From positions 1 to 64,000 of the forward strand of contig JAUCBJ010008566.1 in assembly GCA_032718475.1 (NCBI GenBank): a stretch of DNA of 64,000 nucleotides, in the 5' to 3' direction. The position numbers and the translations under genes are program-made. The stretch is from Nemertoderma westbladi. Lineage: Eukaryota; Animalia; Xenacoelomorpha. The notes beneath the pieces are model-generated. The model was not told where the DNA came from and did not search any database. It saw only the letters and a program-made list of their open reading frames with translations. Shown piece after piece: positions 35,171-49,400 of the stretch. The stretch's first letter is position 1. Each line of letters begins with the position of its first letter.

Positions 35171-36725
35171 ATGACTGAGTTGATAGAAGATGATCTTGGT
35201 ATCAGGGAGCGATATACCCTACCATTGCAAGCGTTTGTTGATAGTTTAATACGCGGCGACGCTAGTCCACCCACTACGGAAGACGATGGCCGTTATATCG
35301 AACCGCCAATGTCAAAGGAACAGCTCACGCGTGAATTGGACTATAGAAAATTCACCGCTCGCTATACGCATCGTAATGGTACGTATACAGACTTCTTTAC
35401 TACTGGCCATCCTATCGATTTACATGATATGGACGATGTAGACACCGAAAGGGAAATGATCCTATTTAAATATCATACCCAGCGGAGTCGGAGCAATAAA
35501 CTGAGAATCGAACACGAAAATTATATTCGAAACTAACTCGAAAGAGAAGACGTTAAAGAACCAGATAAACGCAGTGACTTCAACGTATCTTTGGAATTAT
35601 TGAGAGAGACATTGTAAAACTGGAGAAAGATCACCAGCGTTTCCCCTACAAGACGTGCGTCTTTGGTATTATTACGATGAATGCCCTAGACCCAACCAAC
35701 ACACGGAAAGACATAAACATCCGCGGAGATGTTGCGCTAAACACAGTTTTTACTCGCTATACTTACGGGAGTTTCGAGCGAAACTTGTTTGCGTATCACC
35801 TACGCTCGCTCGACGCAAACGATCCTTAAATAAACCGATGATCAGAGTTCTGGAATACTCGGTCAGACCTTCTCATTCCCTAGTGAGACCTCAGACTCTT
35901 GATCCTAATAGTATGACGGAACCTCCTTAACTGTACTCATTGTTCAAAGATCTAGTGTTACCCGAACAATTAGTCGGTAGCACTCCGGTTGTGGGCTCCC
36001 TAGATATTCGCCCATTCTACCTAGCCGGATTGGGACGCGGACATCTAATATCGCCATTCAACCCATACAATCGTCCTGGGTTAACCCCGATACAACCCAT
36101 CACCGAGGTGGAGGAGAGAGTTGTACGCAACGCGTTAGACACTATTCGACAAAAGATCGGAAAAGGAACCTACGATTGTTTAGAGAAACGTAAATTGCAG
36201 CAGCAAGTCCAAGCGGTAAACGAATTAGCTTTATCTCAGTTTGATCGAGAAATCCAGAATCTCTAAGAAGATATCGAACTTGGACGACCCTACTCTCTAA
36301 AAGAGTTTTGGACGAATGCTTCCAACGACAAGCGGAGGAAAATCAGCTCGAGGAGAAGCATATCGATTTCAACAGAGCCCGAGAACGCAAGTCGAAAAGA
36401 ACCATCAAACCGAGGAAATTTCTCACTACACACGGTCCACCTACCGCTCTCGTGCAAACGACCCGTCAGGAACCAGTACGAGCTGCTGTCTTAAAACGCG
36501 CTCTCAAGGTTGTTCGACCTCATTCCACTGAGGTTGATGCCGATCAACCGGGTACCTCGACCGGCGGATGCACCGACCGTAATCCTAAAACCTTCCGATG
36601 CAATTGTATTGCACCCTTCACCCAGGAGTTATAGCCCTCCTAGTAAAGTGGCTCGCCCCAAAGAGAAAAGGACTCTTGCTAGCCTCAAAAAACTGCGGAA
36701 ACGCCGTTCGCGTAAGAAAGACTAA
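35171..36725 (+). pseudogene. Extra 3' ORF of copy D, with stops and deletions
   Basis: Starts MTELIEDDLGIRERYTLPLQAF and ends KKLRKRRSRKKD*, as in B. Confidence 0.85.
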
Positions 36726-38143
36726 CTGTTTAGAGTATTTTTATATTTTAGAAACTGTGATTTTTTATATTTTATAGAATTAAATCCCATTTTCTGGGAG
36801 CGGTGTAAAAGCTTTTGCGGATATAACCAGTCATTTTTCTCCGCAATGAACTGTTTAGTTGTTTTAGCGGACATAACAAGCCATTTTCTCCGCAATGTAC
36901 CCTGTAGGTGTTTTAGCGGACATAACAAGCCTTTTTATGCCGCAATACGCCAAATACTCTAAATAGAGTTTAGTTCAGATGACGAAATCTGTCAGCTGAT
37001 TTGCTGTCGATGTGGAACTTTCTTTGTTCAGGCTCGCTCGACCAATCAGAGCGATTTTCATTTTATTTTGCACAGAGGCCTACGGAAAAATGCGCAATGC
37101 ATTACGGTCTTTGTTTACCTTTCTGAGCGAGAACAACTGCTTGGAAATTATTCTGTACTTCTGTGTTGGAAGTTTCAGACTTTGGCCAACATTAGACGGC
37201 TTTGATTACAAGAACGTAAATCTATTATCTGGCCATCAACTGAATCACTGATGACACATCTGCACCTGTCAACTTGTCAACTGGACTGACTGGATGCATT
37301 ACTGGCCCTACTGCACTGTGCAACTGTGCAACTAACCATAACAACTGGTCACTTGGCACCTGCGGTACCGGTATTACCGATACTGGCTGAATATCACCGC
37401 ATTATTGTACTTCTGTTTACTGTCTGTTATTAATGGTGATATGTTGATGGATATGTTGTTATATTTTGAGAATATCGATAAATAATCATAAAAACCCCAA
37501 TCTTCTTGATTACTAAAGGTTAGAGGGACCGGTTACCGGTAGCAATTGCGACTTACATTACAGTGGTTTTAGTGTGCATTAAATGCTATTTCATAATCCC
37601 TACATGTGTCAGTTGCTATCCTCCTTATATATGATCAAATTCAGTGACGGCCGGCAGATCAGTGTGAAACAGTGTGAAGTCGTGTGCAGTAGTGTGACAG
37701 ATAATAAAGCATCTCCTAAAGAATGCGCTATTTACGAAAATCAGTAGCCATCTCGTTGTGTTTAGTATAAGTCAGAACTCTGTTTTATACTTAAAGTGCC
37801 ACGTCCTAAAGGAACTGTTAATATTTCCCCGAAAGTGAATAATATTGTCAGAGATTATATAGTAACGATCAATCGAATAATACAATAGGTCTGCAACGCA
37901 ATAACTTCAAAGCACCCGAATCCAGTCTCCCTTAACTGTGGGTGAATGATGGCGCATAGACTGGCTTCGGCTAATGTTACTTCATGTGCATTAAATAATT
38001 GTTATAGGCTAAAGTCGATTTATAAACAAGAGGACACCTAAAATTTGCAGGTTAAACTGCTAAAGGTCTGAAAGCGCGAACAGGGACATAGTATAATATA
38101 TCAGGTATACTCCAACCAAAGTATATTTGTATCCATCAAACTT

Positions 38144-39090
38144 TTGTATGAAACGTACCACCCACCGATGGACAACAATGATGAGATCAAAAACGAGTTA
38201 AAATTAAACGTTTCCTGTGAGAAATATTTGACTCTATTAAATACAAAGTGCAAGCCAACAAACATGGAGAATATTTTAACCAAACTTACAAAGAACGATA
38301 TGATTTTGTTGAGCCCAGGTACGTGTATAAACGAGGCACTAGTAAACTCCGTTCTCTACCTCCTAGAGGAAAGCACAAATTTTCGTGTAGGCATTTTACC
38401 TACAGAGTTTTCGACCAAGCTCAGTACACCACTAAGTGATATGTTTTCCTTGGTCAAATTTGCCAGTAGTAGATACAAACGACCAGACATAGAAATTTTG
38501 CTAATCCCAGACAATATTCTAATAATCCAATAGGGCACTTTGTATTACATGACGCTATCCATAAGGACAAAGAAATTTATACTCTCTGTCCAATGGGAAA
38601 CCCATATTACACAAACACAACAAAAGCAATATGCAATGTCCTTAACACAATTGATAACCTGATCCCCTGTACGAAAACTTTACCCTCAAGTCTAAACTTT
38701 GACCAATGGCGCCCAATACAAGCCCCAAACATGTCTCAATTTCCAAAGCAAACAAATAACGTCGACTGTGGGATTTTTGAGTGTTTGTATTCCTATATGC
38801 TTGCTTTCCCTAAAGAAAATAACGATTTTGTCAAGAATATGGCAACTAACGAATGTGCACAGGGTAGAGTTTGGATGGCAACTTCCATAGAAAGAAAATC
38901 GGTAATTAAAACAAATGCACCTCAAGATGAAAGATTCTTAAACCCTGGCCCAAACTGGCCCAACACTGAACCCAAGACCAGCAAACAACAAAAAACTAAA
39001 TCTGCAGAGAACACAACTGGACGAGTACCAACAATCCCAGGATCACCATGCCCCACACACCCGATCTCAAAACGAATCCACCCAGAATGA
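38144..39090 (+). pseudogene. Ulp1/C48-like cysteine protease region
   Basis: INEALVNSVLYLL, ILPTEF and ILLIP resemble the C48 N-terminal motifs; FPKQTNNVDCGIF matches the PxQxNxxDCGxF catalytic motif. Disrupted near the expected catalytic His. Confidence 0.7.
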
Positions 39091-39199
39091 AATCCACAAC
39101 GCTGGCTTCCAAGGGAGCCACACAAATTGCGAAAAGCAAACACAGCACTGGATGTATTAAAAATTCTAATCGACTCGAATATTCTAAGGAACCCTAAAG

Positions 39200-42100
39200 A
39201 CATACTTATTCGGGCACTATTACCTATAGGTGGAGCACTCCAAGCATCAACATAAGTGCAATAAACTGTCGCTCCATTGATGAACTAGCAGCTGACGTGG
39301 CTGAGTTTGCACTGGTTGCTGAAAGCTCCGCAATTACACATTTTTCAACAATTATAGAAACCCCCGACACCTTCAGCCTTTTCCAACTTGTGGACCTTGT
39401 AGCTCTGCAAGTCGAAGTGAAAACAATAAACAGCCAATTGCGAGTAACACAAAGTAAGGTGGATGCCATGGAAAACGGCCTAGACGAGTTACAGACACAA
39501 CAACCTACATCTACCTGCAAATTTTGCTGCAATTCGACCAATCCCAAGCAAGGAAAAGATCACAATGACTCAGACTCAGAGACTACTCAATCAGACAACA
39601 CACAACTAAGGAATGAAGGTATCACCAAAGAAACTATCTTGAATAATAACAAACACAGCAACAAAAAGTCAAAAAAGAAAAAGTCGAAACGTTACAAAAA
39701 GAAGAGCAGGAGCAGTAAATTCACCTTTGAGAGTGATACTGATGAAAGTACAGACTATGCAACTATAGATGCGTGTTCAATGTCCCCACAATCAGAAATA
39801 GCTGAACCACTGGACGGTCCACCCCATGAAAGATACCCCAATGGTAAACAAACTGCTTCGCTAACACATGAAAACCCAACAGCTAAGGATCCACCTAACA
39901 TAGAGAATACAGAACCAAGCATTGTCAACCCCAAAACCATAGAAGAAGTATTAAATAACGTAAACGTATGGAAATCAGACAAGCATACTACAAAGCCATA
40001 CTCAAACCATCTATCTCCATCAACAACCCCAGTTGACACCAGTAACTATTTTGAACACCTAGACCAAGACTCAAAACTAGCCACTGTGTTGGAAAACAAA
40101 ACGCCATACTGAAAGCACTAAAAGAAACCTTAAACAAGAATAATAGGGAAAAAACGGGTAATGGCGAAAGCACAACATCTAACTCAGAAGAAAAAAAGAA
40201 AAACACCAGGAGATCAATGGATGAAACAACTGAAACGAAAGAACCAGGGTCTACAAAACTACTGAAGAAAATAATAGTAAGTGGCCTACCTTCAAACACC
40301 AACTCAGTGGATCTCTCGTGCTTCTGTTACAAACAAACAGGGATGTACCCAGTCAATGTGTATGTGAGAGGATATAAATGTGAACAAAAAGAGGCAACTA
40401 TAACAATCGAGATGAAAGATCTTGAGACGTATCTCAACCCAAATATGTGGCCTGGTGACAAGCTCCGAACCAGAGAACTCGAACCTAACAACACTGGAAA
40501 ACGCTATAGGTCCACTGATTACACTCCCCCAACTCACAAAATACTCACCCTAACTTCAACTACAGTAAACAATCCGCCCCGTTTACCCTTTCATACATCC
40601 CAAGAGAGAGACACAACCCCATTTTCAGACGCAACCAACTTAATAATCGGGACAACAATGGCTTTAACAGACATCAATGGGATAGCAATAAAGACTAATG
40701 ATATAACCATGGAAATGAAACGCAAAACATACATCTAAACATGCCCTATAGCGCAACATCTACACACCAGAATGTAAACAATAATCAGGCCCACTATCGC
40801 AACAGGAAGTCAACCCGCAACATTGCAGCCCACTATAACCATGGCGATCTACACAGTCGTTTTTAAATACCAAACACAATCATTACCACCAGATGTAGGG
40901 CCTGCAGTAAATAGCAGATTAGATCATCTTAACCAAAAACCTGAATAAACAAACCAATGAAACCCCAACTATTACACCTAAAAAAGCCGAAACACCCCTG
41001 ATTGTCCTCACATATAAAACTGCACTGGCTATATAAGAAGTAAACATCATATAGAAATCCTCCTAAGAAAGACATCTCCAGACATACTAATCATTCAAGA
41101 ACACTGGCTTAGTGCTGGTGAATCAAAACACCACTTCCACAAGAAACAAATGATGAAAGGCTATACATGTGCAGATTACACAGTATCGGACGGTATGTTG
41201 GCCATTAAGGCAAGAGTGCGAGGGGAGGGTGGAGTAGCAATATTCCTCAAGTCAGCAATATCACCTTACTCCTCTGTGTTGAAGACATTATCAGACAGGG
41301 TAGTTGGGATAACAATAAAAGGCATCTTTAGCCAGGATATAACTGTTACAGGTATATAAGGAAAACAACCTGAAAGTCACATTGAAGATGATTCAAACAA
41401 CCAATCACACCATACGCCAGTACTAACCACTTTCTATCTCCATAGGCTAGAAAATATAAATTACAATGCCAGGTGGACCAAAACCTTGTGAAGGAAAGCT
41501 TACTTGTTCAAAAATGCATCAATGAAGCAATTAGATTCCTACAAGAAAGATATTGAAGCCTCCATACTATACTACTGAAGACAACACAATTGATACGGCA
41601 GCAGCAGAATCTTTCATAAAGGCTATCTTGACATCTGCCAATAAACATATCCCCTCTACCACACCAAGAAGAAGAAAGAACTGGAATCCGCAACTATCTA
41701 AAAGTAGAAACGCAAGCACCACCAACACCAATAATCGAGAAACGGTAAACCCTGAAAACAAACTCAGGCAGATGCAGAAAACGAGAGAACTATCAATGCT
41801 ACAACACAGGATATATCGATAACAAGTCACTACTCTTACTCAAGCATCTTCAACCAGCCCAAACACATTCTGGAACAAACTGAAAGAAAGAGATGCACAC
41901 AACAGCCACCAAATGTCACCAGGCAATGCAAATAACCTATATGACCACTACAAGAATTTCTATAATAACAACAATCGAAGCCAAATCGCAAAATATAAAA
42001 CTTCTGAACCGCATCCAAAGTTTCAAGCAGTACCTCATCATCAACAAAATAAAGATAACCATAATGATTTTAACCTATTGAGTACAGAAGATATAAACGA

Positions 42101-42990
42101 TGCAATTAAAAAACTGAATAAAGGAAAGGCTGCTGATTCAAACAACATCTCTGTGGAACACCTATGTTATGGAAACTCCGAATCTATGTGTAATTTTATT
42201 GCTTTTCTCTTTAATGAAATGCGAAGCACGGGATACTTTCCAAACCTTATGTGTTTAGGACTATTGCTCCCACAGTTGAAGAGCTATGATCGACAAAAAA
42301 ATCAAATGTCAAGTTACAGAGGTATTTCTATTGTATCGATACTACTGAAATTGTGGGAGCACACAGTGGTGAAGGAACTAACATCTATTGACACAAGTTC
42401 CCTACAAATGGCATACAAGAAAGGGATGTGCAATGAAACACCATATCTGACAGTTTCAAAACTGATCGAATGGTATAACAAGGGCTCATCTCCTTTACAC
42501 GTAGTATCTTTAGACCTAACATCAGCATTCGACTGCATCAACCATCACTCCTTGGCGTTGGATGCTATATATGTTGGACAACGTCCTAATGGACCTTTAT
42601 GACAGCCAATCTTTTGAACAAAAATGATGACCTTTTCAAAATGCCGTGCAATCAATAACCTGTTCAACTGCAACAACGATAAAGTTACACATCTGTTTTC
42701 AACCATTTTAACACATCATGTCGCAAAAACCTATCATGTTAATCTGATGGATGATTACAACCTTTTATCGTGGCAAGAAGGTCTCCAGACACTCACTAGC
42801 ATTGCTACCTGACAATAATGTGTGAAGAAGGTGTTAAAAGGAGCAAAGGTCAGAACTAAAGCTGGAAACATCCCCCTAACCTTCAAAGAAAAGTTTCACA
42901 GCTCTTATTTCCGATCAATCCTAAACAACTGCAATAATGACCATACATCCAAACATACTACAATATTATCGTTCTTTGGGCTAGAGTAAA
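39200..42990 (+). mobile_element. Decayed APE-RT LINE (CR1/L2/Jockey-group-like): ORF1 remnants, AP endonuclease, N-terminal half of RT
   Basis: Coiled coil and RRM-like KIIVSGLP...LNPNMWP. APE motifs PDILIIQEHWL (~41080) and RGEGGVAIFLK. RT motifs AIKKLNKGKAAD, YRGISIVSILLKLWE, LQMAYKKG, VSLDLTSAFDCINH. No YxDD motif seen. Confidence 0.8.
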
Positions 42991-43405
42991 CCTACACATC
43001 AAACTTTTACAGACTGATCTAGACACCGTTTCTAACCATAAGGTCTTATTTTGTCATATAATCTATGAGATTAATATATATTGTTAATGATATTGTTATT
43101 ATTATTTTATATTTGGTATATTGGTATAGATATATACAACAGTTTGTGCATCTAGCATCCAACATAACATACAGTACATGTATGCGTGCTTGTTTCATAT
43201 TTTATTTATTTTCTGATACAATTTAATCGAATTATGAATATTTTTATTAAGCCTCAATTTTTCTTGTTACTAACTATTACAGTTACTATTTGATTATTAT
43301 TTAGATTAATTACCATAAAAAATAACTAAGTGACTGATATTTTATGACACTATTTTCGACTTTAATTGTAATGGTAGGAAATCATATATGATATATGATA
43401 TATAT

Positions 43406-46400
43406 ACAGTGTACACACACAAGGGTAACGGTTGCATTCTGCGACAGTGTACACACACAAGGGTAACGGTTGCATTCTGCGACAGTGTACACACACAAGG
43501 GTAAAGGTTGCATTCAGTGACAGTGTACACACACAAGGGTAACGGTTGCATTCTGCGACAGTGTACACACACAAGGGTAACGGTTGCATTCAGTGACAGT
43601 GTACACACACAAGGGTAACGGTTGCTTTCAGTGACAGTGTACACACACAAGGGTAGCGGTTGCATTCTGCGACAGTGTACACACACAAGGGTAACGGTTG
43701 CATTCTGCGACAGTGTACACACACAAGGGTAACGGTTGCATTCTGCGACAGTGTACACACACAAGGGTAACGGTTGCATTCTGCGACAGTGTACACACAC
43801 AAGGGTAACGGTTGCATTCAGCGACAGTGTACACACACAAGGGTAACGCTTGCATTCAGCGACAGTGTACACACACAATGGTAACGGTTGCATTCTGGGA
43901 CAGTGTACAAACTAACAAACACAAGGGTAACGGTTGCATTCTGCGACAGTGTACACACACAAGGGTAACGGTTGCATTCAGCGACAGTGTACACACACAA
44001 GGGTAACGGTTGCATTCAGCGACAGTGTACACACACAAGGGTAACGGTTGCATCCTACTACAGTGTACACACACAAGGGTAACGGTTGCATTCTGCGACA
44101 GTGTACACACACAAGGGTAACGGTTGCATTCTGCGACAGTGTACACACACAAGGGTAACGGTTGCATTCAGTGACAATGTACACACACAAGGGTAACGGT
44201 TGCATTCTGCGACAGTGTACACACACAAGGGTAACGGTTGCATTCTGCGACAGTGTACACACACAAGGGTAACGGTTGCATTCTGCGACAGTGTACACAC
44301 ACAAGGGTAACGGTTGCATTCTGCGACAGTGTACACACACAAGGGTAACGGTTGCATTCTGCGACAGTGTACACACACAAGGGTAACGGTTGCATTCAGC
44401 GACAGTGTACACACACAAGGGTAACGCTTGCATTCAGCGACAGTGTACACACACAATGGTAACGGTTGCATTCTGCGACAGTGTACAAACTAACAAACAC
44501 AAGGGTAACGGTTGCATTCTGCGACAGTGTACACACACAAGGGTTACGGTTGCATTCAGCGACAGTGTACACACAGAAGGGTAACGGTTGCATTCAGCGA
44601 CAGTGTACACACACAAGGGTAACGGTTGCATCCTACGACAGTGTACACACACAAGGGTAACGGTTGCATTCTGCGACAGTGTACACACACAAGGGTAACG
44701 GTTGCATTCAGTTACAGTGTACACACACAAGGGTAACGGTTGCATCCTACGACAGTGTACACACACAAGGGTAACGGTTGCATTCTGCGACAGTGTACAC
44801 ACACAAGGGTAACGGTTGCATTCAGTTACAGTGTACACACACAAGGGTAACGGTTGCATTCTGCGACAGTGTACACACGCAAGGGTAACGGTTGCATTCT
44901 GCGACAGTGTACACACACAAGGGTAACGGTTGCATTCTGCGACAGTGTACACACACAAGGGTAACGGTTGCATTCAGCGACAGTGTACACACACAAGGGT
45001 AACGGTTGCATTCAGCGACAGTGTACACACACAAGGGTAACGGTTACATTCAGCGACAGTGTACACACACAAGGGTAACGGTTGCATTCTGGGACAGTGT
45101 ACACACACAAGAGTAACGGTTGCATTCTGGGACAGTGTACACACACAAGGGTAACGGTTGCATTCTGGGACAGTGTACACACACAAGGGTAAAGGTTGCA
45201 TTCTGGGACAGTGTACACACACAAGGGTAACGGTTGCATTCTGCGACAGTGTACACACACAAGGGTAACGGTTGCATTCTGCGACAGTGTACACACACAA
45301 GTGTAACGGTTGCATTCTGCGACAGTGTACACACACAAGGGTAACGGTTGCATTCTGCGACAGTGTACACACACAAGGGTAACGGTTGCATTCTGCGACA
45401 GTGTACACACACAAGGGTAACGGTTGCATTCTGCGACAGTGTACACACACAAGGGTAACGGTTGCATTCTGCGACAGTGTACACACACAAGGGTGACGGT
45501 TGCATTTTGCGACAGTGTACACACACAAGGGTAACGGTTGCATTCTGCGACAGTGTACACACACAAGGGTAACGGTTGCATTCTGGGACAGGGTACACAC
45601 ACAAGGGTAACGGTTGCATTCTGCGACAGTGTACACACACAAGGGTAACGGTTGCATTCTGCGACAGTGTACACACACAGGGTAACCGTTGCATTCTGGG
45701 ACAGTGTACACACACAAGGGTAACGGTGGCATTCTGGGACAGTGTACACACACAAGGGTAACGGTTGCATTCTGCGACAGTGTACACACACAAGGGTAAC
45801 GGTTGTATTCTGCGACAGTGTACACACACAAGGGTAACGGTTGCATTCTGCGACAGTGTACACACACAAGGGTAACGGTTGCATTCTGGGACAGTGTACA
45901 CACACAAGGGTAACGGTTGCATTCTGCGACAGTGTACACACACAAGGGTAACGGTTGCATTCTGCGACAGTGTACACACACAAGGGTAACGGTTGCATTC
46001 TGCGACAGTGTACACACACAAGGGTAACGGTTGCATTCTGCGACAGTGTACACACACAAGGGTAACGGTTGCATTCTGCGACAGTGTACACACACAAGGG
46101 TAACGGTTGCATTCTGCGACAGTGTACACACACATGGGCAACGGTTGCATTCTGCGACAGTTGTGTACACACACACAAGGGTAACGGTTGCATTCAGCGA
46201 CAGTGTACACACACAAGGGTAATGGTTGCATTCTGCGACAGTGTACACACACAAAATGGTAACGGTTGCATTCAGCGACAGTGTACACACACAAGGGTAA
46301 TGGTTGCATTCTGCGACAGTGTACACGCACAAAATGGTAACGGTTGCATTCTGCGACAGTGTACACACGCAAGGGTAAGGGTTGCATTCTGCGACAGTGT

Positions 46401-49400
46401 ACACACACAAGGGTAACGGTTGCATTCAGCGACAGTGTACACACACAAGGGTAACGGTTGCATTCTGGGACAGTGTACACACACAATGGTAACGGTTGCA
46501 TTCTGGGACAGTGTACAAACTAACAAACACAAGGGTAACGGTTGCATTCTGCGACAGTGTACACACACAAGGGTAACGGTTGCATTCAGCGACAGTGTAC
46601 ACACACAAGGGTAACGGTTGCATTCAGCGACAGTGTACACACACAAGGGTAACGGTTGCATCCTACGACAGTGTACACACACAAGGTTAACAGTTGCATT
46701 CTGCGACAGTGTACACAGACAAGGGTAACGGTTGCATTCAGTGACAGTGTACACACACAAGGGTAACGGTTGCATTCTGCGACAGTGTACACACACAAGG
46801 GTAACGGTTGCATTCTGCGACAGTGTACACACACAAGGGTAACGGTTGCATTCTGCGACAGTGTACACACACAGGGTAACCGTTGTATTCTGCGACAGTG
46901 TACACACACAAGGGTAACGGTTGCATTCTGCGACAGTGTACACACACAAGGGTAACGGTTGCATTCTGCGACAGTGTACACACACAAGGGTAACGGTTGC
47001 ATTCTGCGACAGTGTACACACACAAGGGTAACGGTTGCATTCAGCGACAGTGTACACACACAAGGGTAACAGTTACATTCAGCGACAGTGTACACACACA
47101 AGGGTAACGGTTGCATTCAGCGACAGTGTACACACACAAGGGTAACGGTTGCATTCTGGGACAGTGTACACACACAAGGGTAACGGTTGCATTCTGCGAC
47201 AGTGTACACACACAAGGGTAACGGTTGCATTCTGCGACAGTGTACACACACAAGGGTAACGGTTGCATTCTGCGACAGTGTACACACACAAGGGTAACGG
47301 TTGCATTCTGGGACAGTGTACACACACAAGGGTAACGGTTGCATTCTGCGACAGTGTACACACACAAGGGTAACGGTTGCATTCAGCGACAGTGTACACA
47401 CACAAGGGTAACGGTTGCATTCTGGGACAGTGTACACACACAAGGGTAACGGTTGCATTCTGCGACAGTGTACACACACAAGGGTAACGGTTGCATTCTG
47501 CGACAGTGTACACACACAAGGGTAACGGTTGCATTCTGCGACAGTGTACACACACAAGGGTAACGGTTGCATTCTGGGACAGTGTACACACACAAGGGTA
47601 ACGGTTGCATTCTGCGACAGTGTACACACACAAGGGTAACGGTTGCATTCTGCGACAGTGTACACACACAAGGGTAACGGTTGCATTCTGCGACAGTGTA
47701 CACACACAAGGGTAACGGTTGCATTCTGCGACAGTGTACACACACAAGGGTAACGGTTGCATTCTGCGACAGTGTACACACACAAGGGTAACGGTTGCAT
47801 TCTGCGACAGTGTACACACACATGGGCAACGGTTGCATTCTGCGACAGTTGTGTACACACACACAAGGGTAACGGTTGCATTCAGCGACAGTGTACACAC
47901 ACAAGGGTAATGGTTGCATTCTGCGACAGTGTACACACACAAAATGGTAACGGTTGCATTCAGCGACAGTGTACACACACAAGGGTAATGGTTGCATTCT
48001 GCGACAGTGTACACGCACAAAATGGTAACGGTTGCATTCTGCGACAGTGTACACACGCAAGGGTAAGGGTTGCATTCTGCGACAGTGTACACACACAAGG
48101 GTAACGGTTGCATTCAGCGACAGTGTACACACACAAGGGTAACGGTTGCATTCTGGGACAGTGTACACACACAATGGTAACGGTTGCATTCTGGGACAGT
48201 GTACAAACTAACAAACACAAGGGTAACGGTTGCATTCTGCGACAGTGTACACACACAAGGGTAACGGTTGCATTCAGCGACAGTGTACACACACAAGGGT
48301 AACGGTTGCATTCAGCGACAGTGTACACACACAAGGGTAACGGTTGCATCCTACGACAGTGTACACACACAAGGTTAACAGTTGCATTCTGCGACAGTGT
48401 ACACAGACAAGGGTAACGGTTGCATTCAGTGACAGTGTACACACACAAGGGTAACGGTTGCATTCTGCGACAGTGTACACACACAAGGGTAACGGTTGCA
48501 TTCTGCGACAGTGTACACACACAAGGGTAACGGTTGCATTCTGCGACAGTGTACACACACAAGGGTAACGGTTGCATTCAGCGACAGTGTACACACACAA
48601 GGGTAACGGTTGCATTCAGCGACAGTGTACACACACAAGGGTAACGGTTGCATTCAGCGACAGTGTACACACACAAGGGTAACGGTTGCATTCTGGGACA
48701 GTGTACACACACTAGAGTAACGGTTGCATTCTGGGACAGTGTACACACACAAGGGTAACGGTTGCATTCTGGGACAGTGTACACACACAAGGGTAAAGGT
48801 TGCATTCTGGGACAGTGTACACACACAAGGGTAACGGTTGCATTCTGCGACAGTGTACACACACAAGGGTAACGGTTGCATTCTGCGACAGTGTACACAC
48901 ACAAGGGTAACGGTTGCATTCTGCGACAGTGTACACACACAAGGGTAACGGTTGCATTCTGCGACAGTGTACACACACAAGGGTAACGGTTGCATTCTGC
49001 GACAGTGTACACACACAAGGGTAACGGTTGCATTCTGCGACAGTGTACACACACAAGGGTAACGGTTGCATTATGCGACAGTGTACACACACAAGGGTAA
49101 CGGTTGCATTCTGCGACAGTGTACACACACAAGGGTGACGGTTGCATTCTGCGACAGTGTACACACACAAGGGTAACGGTTGCATTCTGCGACAGTGTAC
49201 ACACACAACGGTAACGGTTGCATTCTGGGACAGTGTACACACACAAGGGTAACGGTTGCATTCTGTGACAGTGTACACACACAAGGGTAACGGTTGCATT
49301 CTGCGACAGTGTACACACACAGGGTAACCGTTGCATTCTGGGACAGTGTACACACACAAGGGCAACGGTGGCATTCTGGGACAGTGTACACACACAAGGG

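Larger units (their letters stand above)
30727..38082 (+). mobile_element. BEL/Pao copy D: internally deleted non-autonomous element (partial 5' LTR 30727-31490, leader, gag stub, 3' region, 3' LTR 36804-38082)
   Basis: 30727-31490 is nearly identical to ~37320-38082. Gag is fused at ~33970 to sequence homologous to B position 8091. Confidence 0.9.
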
